DNA of 45,077 nucleotides from Candidatus Poseidoniales archaeon (GCA_009887255.1 QXXW01000016.1:1-45077); one strand, 5' to 3'. Shown: positions 1 through 9,619, counted from the stretch's first letter. Numbers and translations: made by a program. Notes: generated by a model not told the origin, from the sequence alone.

Positions 1-753
1 GGTATCGGAGCCCTTGTGGAACGTCGCTTCTCGGTTGATGTGACCAACACAGGCAACGGCCAAGACACGTTCAACGTGGAAATTGGTTCGGCTGTTCCAG
101 ACGACTGGTCCATCACTGGCGGTGGTGACTTGGCGCTTGCTAAGGGCGAAACACGAAGTTCACTCTTCACGGCCTTTGCTCCAGAATCGTTCACAGAAGG
201 CGAATTCCCACTGACCATCCGAGTCACAAGCGAAGATGGCAACAGCACAGACGAAGTGACCCTTGACGTTCAATCCGCTCGAATCACCCTTGAGGTCAAT
301 CAAGGAGCCATTGCCACGGCTTCCGATCAATACACCAAGGAAGAAGGCTCGGTACGGGTTCCCGTTCAGAACACTGGATTCCTCGACGCTCCAAGCGTGT
401 TTGTCTACCTTACGGACGAACGCACCGGAGACGAGATGCAGATGAACATTGAAGTCCCTGCGAACGGCAACGCAACCGCAGTGTTTGAAGGGATTGAGCA
501 AGAAATCCAGGGCAACGCTCGTTACACAGTTCGCATTGACGTGCAAGGTGTTGAAGCTGAATTCCTTGACGCCATCCTTGTTGACGGTGAAATGGACGAC
601 GACGGCACCTTTGATTTCTCGATTGAATACAACCCTCGCACAAGTTCTGACGGCGATTCACCATGGCTCACGCTGGTGATCGTTGTTCTCGGTGCTTTGG
701 TGATTTTCGGTGGTCTTCGAACCGCCCGTAGTCGAAGCAACAATCGGTTCTGA
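1..753 (+). CDS. Cell-surface protein, C-terminal fragment (CARDB/NEW3-like beta-sandwich repeats, C-terminal membrane anchor); 5' end outside the window
   Basis: Frame 1 is open from base 1 (ORF track 16..753). Segments such as FSVDVTNTGNGQDTFNVEI and VRVPVQNTGFLDAPSVFVYL resemble CARDB/COG1470-type archaeal surface modules. The protein ends in the hydrophobic helix PWLTLVIVVLGALVIFGGL followed by the basic stop-transfer RTARSRSNNRF. Confidence 0.7.
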   Translation, partial: GIGALVERRFSVDVTNTGNGQDTFNVEIGSAVPDDWSITGGGDLALAKGETRSSLFTAFAPESFTEGEFPLTIRVTSEDGNSTDEVTLDVQSARITLEVNQGAIATASDQYTKEEGSVRVPVQNTGFLDAPSVFVYLTDERTGDEMQMNIEVPANGNATAVFEGIEQEIQGNARYTVRIDVQGVEAEFLDAILVDGEMDDDGTFDFSIEYNPRTSSDGDSPWLTLVIVVLGALVIFGGLRTARSRSNNRF

Positions 754-769
754 GCATCTTTTCCCTGAA

Positions 770-2026
770 ATGGGAACAAGGGTTCTTCAGTCGGAAGGAT
801 GGTGTAGGCCTATGAACGATCTTCAGGGAGTGAACTACCTCCCTGAACCAACCGACAGGAACATGGTTTCTGCGGTTGATGCAAGCGTTGTGGATCACGA
901 ATCCGGATGGCGCTCTGAAGTCATGGGTTGGGCTCCTCAAGAAGTCCGCCCGGTCGGTCACGCTCGTCGCTCAACGGTTACCGCAGGCACGCTGCTTCTC
1001 TCCGTGCTGATGGTGGCCTTGGGCCTCTTTGCTTGGCAGAATCAGTGGTACGTGATCGAACTGCCGCTGCCCGATTCAGAATGGGCGTTTGAGACGACCG
1101 ACATTCGCAGACTGCAGGACATGGGGCTTACGGGGGAAGGCGTCCGTCTTTGCATGGTGGACACCGGCATTGATGCCCAACACGAGGCCTTTTCTTCCGC
1201 TAGCATTGATTTCCAAGACCTCGTTGGTGGTTCGTTGGACCCGGTGGATTACGGAACGGTGGCTCATGGGACCCTGATGTCCGGCCTGATGTTGTCCACC
1301 ACCCATCAGATTGGAGTGGCCCCTAACGTCACGTTTGCAATGGTTGCCGCATTGAGCTCTGGCGAAGGCGATGAAAACAGTGGAAGCGACGATGATGTGG
1401 CCGATGCCATCCGTTGGTGCCAATTCGAGTTTCAAGCCGACATCATTTCCCTCTCACTGGGTGGGGAGTCGGCTGGCGTAGGAGAGCGTGAAGGTGCCAG
1501 TTCATCGGCCACAAGGCAAGCCACCGATGCAGGTGTCTATGTCATTGCCGCTGCCGGAAACGACGGAGGTCCGGACGACGATGGCGATGTGGCTTCTCCG
1601 GGAAGTGTTCGATTGGCCATTTCTGTAGGCGCAACCGATCGTGATGCAACGGTTTGGTCCAATTCATCCCAAGGAGACGCCATGGGTATGAACGGTAGCC
1701 CAAGAGATGCTCCCCATCAAAAACCAGAGGTCGTGGCTCCTGGCCAAGCCATTGTGAGCACGGGTGAGAGCAACCGGTGGTATTCATCGAGCGGAACCTC
1801 AGATTCAACGGTCTTTGTCGCCGGTTCTTTGGCCCTCATTCTGGAGTCATATCCTCATTTGAAGCCCCAACCATCCGGTAATTCATCGTGTCTTGAACAT
1901 GTTAAAGAGGCTTTGATGACGTCATCTCAGGGAGACAGCAACCAAGGTCATGATCCAAGAAACGGCTATGGATTGCTGAATGCGGTCGGATGGCACAATG
2001 CGCTTTCAAACATCGAACAGTGCTGA
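770..2026 (+). CDS. Subtilisin-like serine protease (peptidase S8), N-terminally membrane-anchored
   Basis: Catalytic triad motifs occur in the canonical order: VDTGID (Asp), HGTLMSG (His), GTSDSTVFVAGS (Ser). The N-terminal TM is TAGTLLLSVLMVALGLFAW. The ORF track starts at a GTG at 710, which overlaps the upstream gene; 770 is the first ATG after the upstream stop and 812 is another option. Confidence 0.85.
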   Translation: MGTRVLQSEGWCRPMNDLQGVNYLPEPTDRNMVSAVDASVVDHESGWRSEVMGWAPQEVRPVGHARRSTVTAGTLLLSVLMVALGLFAWQNQWYVIELPLPDSEWAFETTDIRRLQDMGLTGEGVRLCMVDTGIDAQHEAFSSASIDFQDLVGGSLDPVDYGTVAHGTLMSGLMLSTTHQIGVAPNVTFAMVAALSSGEGDENSGSDDDVADAIRWCQFEFQADIISLSLGGESAGVGEREGASSSATRQATDAGVYVIAAAGNDGGPDDDGDVASPGSVRLAISVGATDRDATVWSNSSQGDAMGMNGSPRDAPHQKPEVVAPGQAIVSTGESNRWYSSSGTSDSTVFVAGSLALILESYPHLKPQPSGNSSCLEHVKEALMTSSQGDSNQGHDPRNGYGLLNAVGWHNALSNIEQC

Positions 2027-2170
2027 ACTCCGACTCAGATGACGAGCCTTTCTTGGCCGCAGTTGGCCGAAGGCCTCCGAATCCAATCCGCCTAAACGAC
2101 TAAATTTCGCATTGTTTCGTTGATACTAAATGTGGCGAATGATATTCTTATCCAATCCACAAGGGCGCAG

Positions 2171-2178
2171 TATTATAT
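2171..2178 (+). promoter_or_regulatory. TATA-box-like element upstream of the beta-helix giant gene
   Basis: TATTATAT is the most AT-rich element of the 163-bp spacer 2027..2189. A start about 25 nt downstream would fit the ATG at 2211, which is preceded by GGTG. Confidence 0.25.
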
Positions 2179-2210
2179 TCTTGGTGAGTATGGAGAAAAC
2201 TGGTGCCTCA

Positions 2211-5200
2211 ATGCTGAATCGTCAGAAATCCAAATCCATCTCACTGGTTCTCCTGTACATGCTGTCCATTCTCTTGGGTCTCGCAGCATTGCCGACCGTT
2301 CAAGCCGTGAACGAAACAACACAAGGCACCGTAACCGGTGTCGAAACGTGGACGGGAACGATGAACCTCCAGGGTGACGTGGAAGTGGCTGAAGGTGCAA
2401 AACTCATCATCAATGCCGGAACCACCATCAACATCCCACCCGGGAAATACATTGATGTCCGTGGTGCCATTTGCATCGGAGACACCGCTTGCGGAGCAAG
2501 TGCTGGATCCGCTTCGAGTCAAGCCCGTTTCATCTGGTCAGATCCAACCGATACCACACGGTACGGGCGTTGCACCAACGATTCATTGGTCCAGGATCTT
2601 GACAACATTGACGCTGCGTGCGGATCAGGCATGGTTATTCGCAACACCATCGACCAAGCACAAACCTCAATCAAGTTTGCCCACTTTGAAGGAGCTTACG
2701 GTTACCCACTCTACATCCAAACAGACAGTGCTGGTTTCAAGTACGGTGTGTTGGTCTTTGATGGCTCCAGCACCACGGTTCAAGGTTTGACCTTCAACGA
2801 TGTCAACACCTCCAACGTGCTGCTCTACAACCTCGCATCGCCAACCATCAGCGATTCGTCGTTTGTGGTCGGCAACGATGCAAGTTTTGAATCGCCGGCC
2901 ATACAAGCCTACGGAGCAGGAGCCGGTATTTTCTCGTCGTTCCGAGTCTTGGATTCTGATTTCACAGGCAACGACGCCAGCTGCGATGACGGTGTGAACG
3001 TCATCGATGTTGTTGAATCCTACATCGACCTTTCGAGGTTGAACATTGACCAATCCTCTTTTGGTGTGATTCTCAAGAAAACATCAGGTTCCATCACCAA
3101 CTCCACGATCAACGTCGAATGCAGCGGCATCAACACCAACGGTTTCAAATCCACCGGATTAATTGAGCACACTCTCTATGTCAACGACAACGTCATCACG
3201 ACCACTGACCTTGCGGGTCTCACCGCTTACGACAATGCAAAAGTCGTTGCCCACAGAAACGAAATTTCGGGCGCAGCCTCCGGTTCGGGCGTAGGGATTC
3301 GGTCCTCTCAAGTTGAACTCGTGGACAACACGATTGGACCTGTTGAAGGGTACAACGGGCTGTGGATCTACGGCGCTTCCGATGTGACCGCCATTGGAAA
3401 CACGATTCAAGACACCGGTGCTGAACCTGTGTTGATGGGTGAATACCACATTGACGACCAAGGCTGGAGCGGCTTCGCACAATACTTGCTTCCGGCTCGT
3501 CTCTACCTTGACAACAACATCATCTCAAACGTCTCCGGAACCTGCACGGCCAACGTGTATGACGGTGAATTCGATTGTCCAGCGATCCACGTCTTCAGAA
3601 CTTCAGCCACCATCGTCAACAACACCATCAGCGGAAACACAGGGGACATCATCCGTGCTACTGGAGCCATCGTCAACGTCCAAGGCAACACGGGAGATTC
3701 ACTCGGCGGCTTTGCCGGCAACATCAGCGTGCACGACGACAACCAAAACACCCGTGTTGGTTCCATCGCTTACTTCTCCGGCAACACATGGACAGGTGTG
3801 TCCCAAGTGTACAACATCACCGAGTCCCGTGTGACGGTCCAATCGGAGCAAATCCCTTCCCCAGGCAACGGTGAACTCTATCCCGTCAATCTTCAGTGGC
3901 TCAGCAACGAATGCCCCTACGTGCAGAACGCGTGCATCAGCGTTCCACCCACCTCACTCATGCCCCCACGAGGGATGCCAATGGCACTCGAACTCGTGCA
4001 AAACGCCACGGTCTTCTCCTTTGCAGACCTCGCAAACTTCGATACCAGCATGATTCACGTACAGAATCAAAATTCAGCATGGGGTTCTCAAATTCAGGAA
4101 GGTGAACTCGTTCGCTATCAGGTGAAGGCGAAGAACTCCAACATGGCCGGCGCAACGGTTGTGATCCGTGATGCCACGGGTCTGCCACTGTACGAACTCG
4201 AGACCGACGCTTTTGGTTTCACACAACAAGTCTCGCTGCCATCTGACTTCATGCTGGACCACAACTGGAATCACGAAGTTGGTGAGCGATCTGTTGCAGT
4301 GCCAGGTTCCAATGACGGCACCGGTCAACCCATTGTGATGGACGAGGATTCCTGTGCAGACGGGATTGACAACGACGGAGACACGCTCGTTGACGGCGAC
4401 GATGCAGACTGCCTCAACGGCCGAGAACTCCCGTTCTACACCGTCGACGCCTACAAGTTCGGTAGCGGTAAAAAGAACCTCACGTTTGTTCTCTCCGGCG
4501 AAATTGATGAAGTCATCAACCTGGAAAACCTCAGGCCCAGTGTTTCTGTGGACCAAGCTGACGGTGCTTCCTTCGCCACCAACGTTGTCATCACCGGAGA
4601 TTCATACGACGGCATCAACTTGCCCACGACCATTGACTATGTGGAATACGAAAACCAATTTGGATTGATTCGTAGGGTCGAAGTTCAGCCACCCGGTTCA
4701 CAAGACTGGTATTCAGCAGTTGACACCTCTGGAGCCAACGGTATGCTGACAGCCACCAACCATCCGTTCAAGACTTGGTCGTTTACTTGGGATCTGTCGG
4801 CCCATCCTGAGGGAGAAGGCGATGTCACCTTCCGTATTCGCTCCTATGACGGTCTTGACTACTCTCCAGTTCAATCAAGGTTGTACAAACTCAACTTGGT
4901 CCCACCGACCTTGCTTGTTGATGTCCCAACCTCTGGAAGCACACACAGCACGGGAAGCATTCTGTTCCAAGGGACCGCCGCGGATCCCTATGTGGGCGTT
5001 TACCCGCAAGACATTAAGAACATCTGGTTCAAAATCACAGGGCCAGGTTACAACGCCACAGTACCTTCTCCAGGTTCAACAAGCTGGTCATTCAACTGGG
5101 ATGTCTCTTCCTTGCCAAGTGGTGAATACACTGTCGATGTATGGGCTGCAGACTCTGACTTCTGCATTGAATCGCCAGGCCCCGAGGGTGAACCTGGTTC

Positions 5201-6599
5201 ATGCACCATCGAACGACGGGTTCTGACCATTGACAATGAAAACACACCACCTATTCTTCAAGTTTCATGGGTCGGTGCCATGGACCAATCCAACGGTGGA
5301 ATAAATGGAGCCACCATCCGTGCTGCCGAAAACACCACGATTTCTGGTGTCGCACGCGATGTTGGAGGACAAGTGACTCGTGTGGAAATCGGCATCGTTG
5401 CCCTCGCCACCGGACTGGAACTGAACGACGGACCCTTGCCAGTGACTCAATTCAATCCGGACGGATCCTGGATGACGACATGGGACACTTCAGACCTGAT
5501 CGACCAGCAGGTCTACCAGCTCACCGTACGTGCTTACGACGGAAGGGATTACTCAGAGGCCACCGTATGGCGGTTGACCATCGAAAATCCATTGGATGCC
5601 GACAATGTGGGACCTATCTTTGACGATACTTCATGGCCGGGAACCATCACCATTTTCTGTGATTCTGAGTCAAACTCCTTCGACCGCTGCGGTCAAGGTG
5701 CTGTCATTGATCTCACCCAGTTCTTTTCGGATCCAGACGGATCAGGCGTCGTTGTTGATGACCTTGAGTTTTACGTATTTGACAGTGATAGTGCGGGCGA
5801 TGACAACTACGACCAATACATCCGTTTGACGGCGGATGGTGAAGCGATCTACAACCCAGTGGAAACCATTGCACAAACGACCAACAACATTCCGGATTGG
5901 AGCCTCGAAGGGGTGATGTTCTATGCCGTGGACACCCAAGAATCTCGCGACTACTCGTTGCAGGTGAACTTCCTGGTCCGTGCGGTGGCCTTCACCGTTG
6001 AACGAGTCGACAGTGGAGAAATCAAGTCCAATGACCCAGCTGAATTCCAAGGAACCGGCTTGCCGGGCAGCCAAGTCGTGATTCGCTTCGCAGACGGCAA
6101 CTCCAGACTCAACGACACGCGTGTCCTCTCCGACGGCACATGGTCCATGCAACTAACCAGTGGTCAATTGGGCGATGAAGGTCGTTCTGCGGTGATTTTC
6201 GAAATGGACGGTCAAATCTACCAGTTTGCAGGCCAAAACGAGCCCGGTGAATTCACCGTAGCCGTGGCTTCAGGCGACGGCGGAGGCTCAGGTGTTTTGA
6301 ACATCGTTTTGCTCGTGCTGGGCGTCCTCGTTCTTCTCGGGGCGGGAGCTTACTTCTTCATTGAGTTTGAAGACGTTGTCGACGAAGACGAGTTGACCGC
6401 TGATGACAGTCAGCCAGAGGAAGACCCCTACGCATGGGCCAAAGCCAAGCAAACACCTGAATTGCCTGCTGCATCACAAGTTGCTGCACCAGCCGCAGCT
6501 GCTGAACCTGCTGCACCTGCATCTCAACACCCAGGCTGGTTGTGGGACCAAGGTTCCAACCAGTGGGTGGCAGATCCTGACTACACTGGCGAACAGTGA
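2211..6599 (+). CDS. Giant surface protein: signal peptide, parallel beta-helix (PbH1-like) region, Cys/Asp metal-binding-like motif, three Ig-like modules, C-terminal TM and 78-aa cytoplasmic tail
   Basis: ORF track 2130..6599. The ATG at 2211 gives the signal peptide MLNRQKSKSISLVLLYMLSILLGLAALPTVQA and has GGTG 7 nt upstream; 2190 is an alternative. Beta-helix-type repeats are present (NNTISGNTGDIIRATGAIVNVQGNTG and others), as is CADGIDNDGDTLVDGDDADC. Three modules share W-x-[FT]-x-WD-x-S ... Y-x-[VL]-x-V-[RW]-A-x-D. The TM is GVLNIVLLVLGVLVLLGAGAYFFI. Confidence 0.8.
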   Translation: MLNRQKSKSISLVLLYMLSILLGLAALPTVQAVNETTQGTVTGVETWTGTMNLQGDVEVAEGAKLIINAGTTINIPPGKYIDVRGAICIGDTACGASAGSASSQARFIWSDPTDTTRYGRCTNDSLVQDLDNIDAACGSGMVIRNTIDQAQTSIKFAHFEGAYGYPLYIQTDSAGFKYGVLVFDGSSTTVQGLTFNDVNTSNVLLYNLASPTISDSSFVVGNDASFESPAIQAYGAGAGIFSSFRVLDSDFTGNDASCDDGVNVIDVVESYIDLSRLNIDQSSFGVILKKTSGSITNSTINVECSGINTNGFKSTGLIEHTLYVNDNVITTTDLAGLTAYDNAKVVAHRNEISGAASGSGVGIRSSQVELVDNTIGPVEGYNGLWIYGASDVTAIGNTIQDTGAEPVLMGEYHIDDQGWSGFAQYLLPARLYLDNNIISNVSGTCTANVYDGEFDCPAIHVFRTSATIVNNTISGNTGDIIRATGAIVNVQGNTGDSLGGFAGNISVHDDNQNTRVGSIAYFSGNTWTGVSQVYNITESRVTVQSEQIPSPGNGELYPVNLQWLSNECPYVQNACISVPPTSLMPPRGMPMALELVQNATVFSFADLANFDTSMIHVQNQNSAWGSQIQEGELVRYQVKAKNSNMAGATVVIRDATGLPLYELETDAFGFTQQVSLPSDFMLDHNWNHEVGERSVAVPGSNDGTGQPIVMDEDSCADGIDNDGDTLVDGDDADCLNGRELPFYTVDAYKFGSGKKNLTFVLSGEIDEVINLENLRPSVSVDQADGASFATNVVITGDSYDGINLPTTIDYVEYENQFGLIRRVEVQPPGSQDWYSAVDTSGANGMLTATNHPFKTWSFTWDLSAHPEGEGDVTFRIRSYDGLDYSPVQSRLYKLNLVPPTLLVDVPTSGSTHSTGSILFQGTAADPYVGVYPQDIKNIWFKITGPGYNATVPSPGSTSWSFNWDVSSLPSGEYTVDVWAADSDFCIESPGPEGEPGSCTIERRVLTIDNENTPPILQVSWVGAMDQSNGGINGATIRAAENTTISGVARDVGGQVTRVEIGIVALATGLELNDGPLPVTQFNPDGSWMTTWDTSDLIDQQVYQLTVRAYDGRDYSEATVWRLTIENPLDADNVGPIFDDTSWPGTITIFCDSESNSFDRCGQGAVIDLTQFFSDPDGSGVVVDDLEFYVFDSDSAGDDNYDQYIRLTADGEAIYNPVETIAQTTNNIPDWSLEGVMFYAVDTQESRDYSLQVNFLVRAVAFTVERVDSGEIKSNDPAEFQGTGLPGSQVVIRFADGNSRLNDTRVLSDGTWSMQLTSGQLGDEGRSAVIFEMDGQIYQFAGQNEPGEFTVAVASGDGGGSGVLNIVLLVLGVLVLLGAGAYFFIEFEDVVDEDELTADDSQPEEDPYAWAKAKQTPELPAASQVAAPAAAAEPAAPASQHPGWLWDQGSNQWVADPDYTGEQ

Positions 6600-6618
6600 A
6601 GCTTGAGGTCGTGAATGC

Positions 6619-9141
6619 ATGGCAGTTCAGCCAAAACCTGGTGTACAGGAACGCATCCTGTTGCACTTGTTGGATTATTCGGATTACAAGGACAGCATCG
6701 AGGTCCCGTTTGCTCTTTCGCAAATGGGGATTGCCAACGCTGTCGCCATAGCCCGGTCAAACGTACCACGAGCAATTGCTGGACTGAAAGATCAGGGGTC
6801 CTTGATTGAACGTCAAGCGCACGTCAAAGGCGTCTCTCGAAAACGAAAAGCCTACTTCTTGACCGATGGAGGCGTTGCTTTGGCCAACGAAACATGGCAA
6901 CGGCTTCGCTCGTTTCCACTTCGATGCATGTTGGACGACCAACTGGCAGAGAACACCACGCTGGGAAGTGCCAAATCCGTCTTGCCTTTTGAAATGCGCC
7001 CGGTTGACATCATCAGGTACATGGACGAACAAGGTATGCTGGATGTCCGCAACCTCAGTGAAGAATTGATTCAGAGAGACCTCTCCAAACATGTCGAAAA
7101 GCAGTTGGTTACATCGCTGGCAGATTTGCCTCGCCTTCGTCACTTCTACGGCCGCACATCTGAATTGGACAACATGGTCAATCTCTTGGACGCCCGCGCC
7201 ACCACATTGCTCGTGCCTGGTATCGCTGGTATCGGCAAGACCACAATGGCTTCGAAACTGATTGAACAATTCGTACACAGGCGCAATCTTCTGTACCACC
7301 GCTGTCAAGACTGGGAAGGCTCCAGGTCGTTCTTTGAATCCGTTGCTGATTGGTTCTCCAGCATGGGCGACTCGGACTTCGCTACCTATCTTGCAGCAAC
7401 CCCTGTTCCCAATCCAGCCGACGCTGCTCGGCTGATGGTCGATGCACTCACCGGAACACCTGCATTGATGGTGGTGGATGATTTCCATAAGGTTGCAGAT
7501 TTGGTCCTCCATCAAACATTCCAAGCCATGGCCTTGGCGTTGCTTGGCAGCGAAGAGAGCATTGGGTTGGTGATCTTTTCACGCTCCTTCAAACCCGTGG
7601 TCCCTGCGAAGGATGCTGAAGGGCGTATTGCAAGCTTGGTTCTCCCTCTGGACGGTTTGGACCCCGATTCCGGGCGAAAATTGCTCTCAAGTTTCGGTGA
7701 ATTGGCTGACGAACAATGGCTTCACATTCATGGTTTGTCTCGAGGCCACCCCTTGGTGCTTGAACTTATCAACCGTGGTGCATCTGCCGGTGCCTACCAC
7801 GAAACGCTGGAAAATTATGTCACCGTTGAGATTTTCTCCAAACTCACTGCCGAACAGAAACGCGTGCTCTCTGCACTGGCTGTTTTCCGAGAGCCAGTGG
7901 GTCTTGAGGCGTTGGCTCGTCAGGAACTCGATACGGATGTGTTGGATACTCTTGTGGAGTCAGGTCTTGCGCGTAGAGCAGACTCGGATGCCTACGACGT
8001 TCACGACTTGATTCGTGAATTCCTTTTACGCAGCATGGCCCCATCCTTGAAAATAGAATTTCACCAACGTTGCTCTGAATGGTACAAACACCATTCCGAG
8101 AATCAAGACCTTCTCATCGAACACATCTATCACTGCATTCAATCAGAACAACATGAAGAAGCCTCGGAACTGGTTGTCAAGGACGGCAGAACACTCGTTG
8201 CCGTGGGTCATTTGGAATTGCTGGGCTTGATCGAACAAATCGACATGTCCGAACTGGCCCTCGACACGGTTCTGAACCTTTCTCAATTGAAGGGCGAAAT
8301 GATGGCTTTGCTGGGTCGATTTGACGATGCAGAGCACGTTCTTCAAGGTGCTTTTGATCAAACCGATGACACGTCCCTCATCCTCCGTGCCCAATTGCTT
8401 TCTTCGATGGCTGATGTGAGCAGAAAGCAAGGCAACAGCGACCTGGCCTTGACTCGACACAAGCAGGCCTTGAAGCATTACGTCGAATTGAACGACGCTC
8501 GTTGGGCGTCACGGACATACAACAACATCGGGTACCTCCTTCGCCGGAAGAAGGAACGAGGCAAAGCCCTCGAGGCGTATGCGGAAGTTGAGGCGATACT
8601 CAACTCAAACCAAGATTCTATGTTGTTGCCAAGTCAAATCACCTTGGCTCGGGCCCTGATCGATTTGGACGAACTTGACCGAGCGAAGGTCCACGCCTTG
8701 ACAGCCTACGAACAGACCCAAGATTCCGACGAGCCTGGGCTTCATGCAAGAGCCCAATCTGTTCTGGGGCGTTACTATGCCCGAATGAACCAAGCCGAAC
8801 TTGCCATGTTCCACTACACGGCTGCCCTTGAGAGCATGAACGAAGCCGGCGACCTGCAATCCCTGGTTGAAGTAACCATGTTGCTGGGCGGTGTTCTCCA
8901 AGACGCTGGGAAAACAGAAGAAGCCCTCGACCACTATCAACAGGCTTTGGTGGTTGCAGAAGCCAACGACATGCGAATGCAAATCGGTGAGCTTCTCACC
9001 AGAATTGGGGGCACGTCTTCGGTTCGACAAGAGCGTATGGAATACCTTCAACGCGCACTGTCCGTTTTCAGGGAATTGGGAGCTCGCTCAAGAATGAAGG
9101 AAGTCCAAACCATGGTTCATCGGGCCGTCATGGGGCGATGA
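6619..9141 (+). CDS. STAND-class NTPase (AAA_16 / NB-ARC-like) with N-terminal winged helix-turn-helix and C-terminal TPR array; putative signal-sensing transcription regulator
   Basis: The wHTH-like segment is FALSQMGIANAVAIARSNVPRAIAGLKDQGSLIERQ. FYGRTSELDNMVNLLD precedes the Walker A LLVPGIAGIGKTTMASKL, and the Walker B is ALMVVDDFHKV. GLVIFSRSF and the GxP motif SRGHPLVLELI follow. The C-terminal ~300 aa contain TPR-like helical repeats (ASRTYNNIGYLLRRKKERGKALEAYAEV; EEALDHYQQALVVAEA). GAGGT lies 9 nt upstream of the ATG, and the gene starts only 19 nt after the upstream stop. Confidence 0.8.
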   Translation: MAVQPKPGVQERILLHLLDYSDYKDSIEVPFALSQMGIANAVAIARSNVPRAIAGLKDQGSLIERQAHVKGVSRKRKAYFLTDGGVALANETWQRLRSFPLRCMLDDQLAENTTLGSAKSVLPFEMRPVDIIRYMDEQGMLDVRNLSEELIQRDLSKHVEKQLVTSLADLPRLRHFYGRTSELDNMVNLLDARATTLLVPGIAGIGKTTMASKLIEQFVHRRNLLYHRCQDWEGSRSFFESVADWFSSMGDSDFATYLAATPVPNPADAARLMVDALTGTPALMVVDDFHKVADLVLHQTFQAMALALLGSEESIGLVIFSRSFKPVVPAKDAEGRIASLVLPLDGLDPDSGRKLLSSFGELADEQWLHIHGLSRGHPLVLELINRGASAGAYHETLENYVTVEIFSKLTAEQKRVLSALAVFREPVGLEALARQELDTDVLDTLVESGLARRADSDAYDVHDLIREFLLRSMAPSLKIEFHQRCSEWYKHHSENQDLLIEHIYHCIQSEQHEEASELVVKDGRTLVAVGHLELLGLIEQIDMSELALDTVLNLSQLKGEMMALLGRFDDAEHVLQGAFDQTDDTSLILRAQLLSSMADVSRKQGNSDLALTRHKQALKHYVELNDARWASRTYNNIGYLLRRKKERGKALEAYAEVEAILNSNQDSMLLPSQITLARALIDLDELDRAKVHALTAYEQTQDSDEPGLHARAQSVLGRYYARMNQAELAMFHYTAALESMNEAGDLQSLVEVTMLLGGVLQDAGKTEEALDHYQQALVVAEANDMRMQIGELLTRIGGTSSVRQERMEYLQRALSVFRELGARSRMKEVQTMVHRAVMGR

Positions 9142-9142
9142 G

Positions 9143-9619
9143 TCATTCCACGGTCGTTGGTCTGTCCAGTCCAATGCTGGTGACACCGTCTTCGTAAATT
9201 ACCCAAATTCTGTCAACGCCTGCCAGCGGAATCAGTCCCTCATGAACGCCCCGCCCAGTTCCTGAAATAGGCACTTCCATGTCAAGAGGGCCTCCTTCGT
9301 CCATGAGAATCACTTGAGTGTCTGTTAATTCAACCCAAAACAAGGATTCGTCGGCTTCAGTAGGTCGCCACATCACTTCTTCTGCATAACTCACGTTGCC
9401 AAGACGGCTGGCCTCATCGGCTCGTTCAACCGCTGCTGCGATGTCGTCCATGTTGGCCTGAATCGCCTCCTGATTCCATCGGAGTCTGGTGTTGGTTTCG
9501 ATGTCCCACGCCCAAACGCTGAACATTGTCATCAGCATCACGCCCAAAAGGAAGGTGAAAATGTAACCAAGTTCGGTGGCAGCTGCTTGTACATCTCCGG
9601 TCATTCGTCGCCGCCTCAT
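9143..9619 (-). CDS. Small type IV pilin-like protein (class III signal peptide-like N-terminus)
   Basis: The N-terminus MRRRRMTGDVQA|AATELGYIFTFLLGVMLMTMFSVWAW has a charged head followed by an approximately 25-residue hydrophobic helix. It is the last gene of a 4-gene operon and overlaps the upstream gene by 4 nt (9616..9619). Confidence 0.6.
   Translation of the reverse strand: MRRRRMTGDVQAAATELGYIFTFLLGVMLMTMFSVWAWDIETNTRLRWNQEAIQANMDDIAAAVERADEASRLGNVSYAEEVMWRPTEADESLFWVELTDTQVILMDEGGPLDMEVPISGTGRGVHEGLIPLAGVDRIWVIYEDGVTSIGLDRPTTVE

Noticed and set aside
2027-2189. Largest intergenic spacer, checked for a tRNA, C/D-box sRNA or other small RNA
   Set aside because: No cloverleaf-compatible arms or T-loop (GTTCRAWYC) are present, and there is no RUGAUGA...CUGA box pairing. 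It contains only an imperfect GCCTT...AAGGC hairpin, a TTGGCCG direct repeat and AT-rich promoter-like elements.
6291-6362. C-terminal anchors of the surface proteins as PGF-CTERM / archaeosortase sorting signals
   Set aside because: None of the C-terminal helices (here, and at about 24840-24912, 660-720 and 43189-43245) is preceded by a PGF or similar tripeptide. Most are also followed by long tails, unlike sortase-type signals.
6757-7524. 255-aa ORF antisense to the STAND NTPase gene
   Set aside because: It is entirely embedded opposite a CDS with clear P-loop/NB-ARC motifs. Its translation is Cys/His/Gln/Arg-rich with no motif or hydrophobic core pattern. Long antisense ORFs are expected at this GC content.
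6619-9141. STAND protein as an Avs-type antiviral sensor or defence-island core
   Set aside because: The N-terminal domain looks like a DNA-binding wHTH rather than a nuclease, protease, TIR or other effector. No other defence genes (restriction, Cas, toxin, abortive-infection modules) lie nearby. This is not excluded, and clade assignment by profile search would decide.
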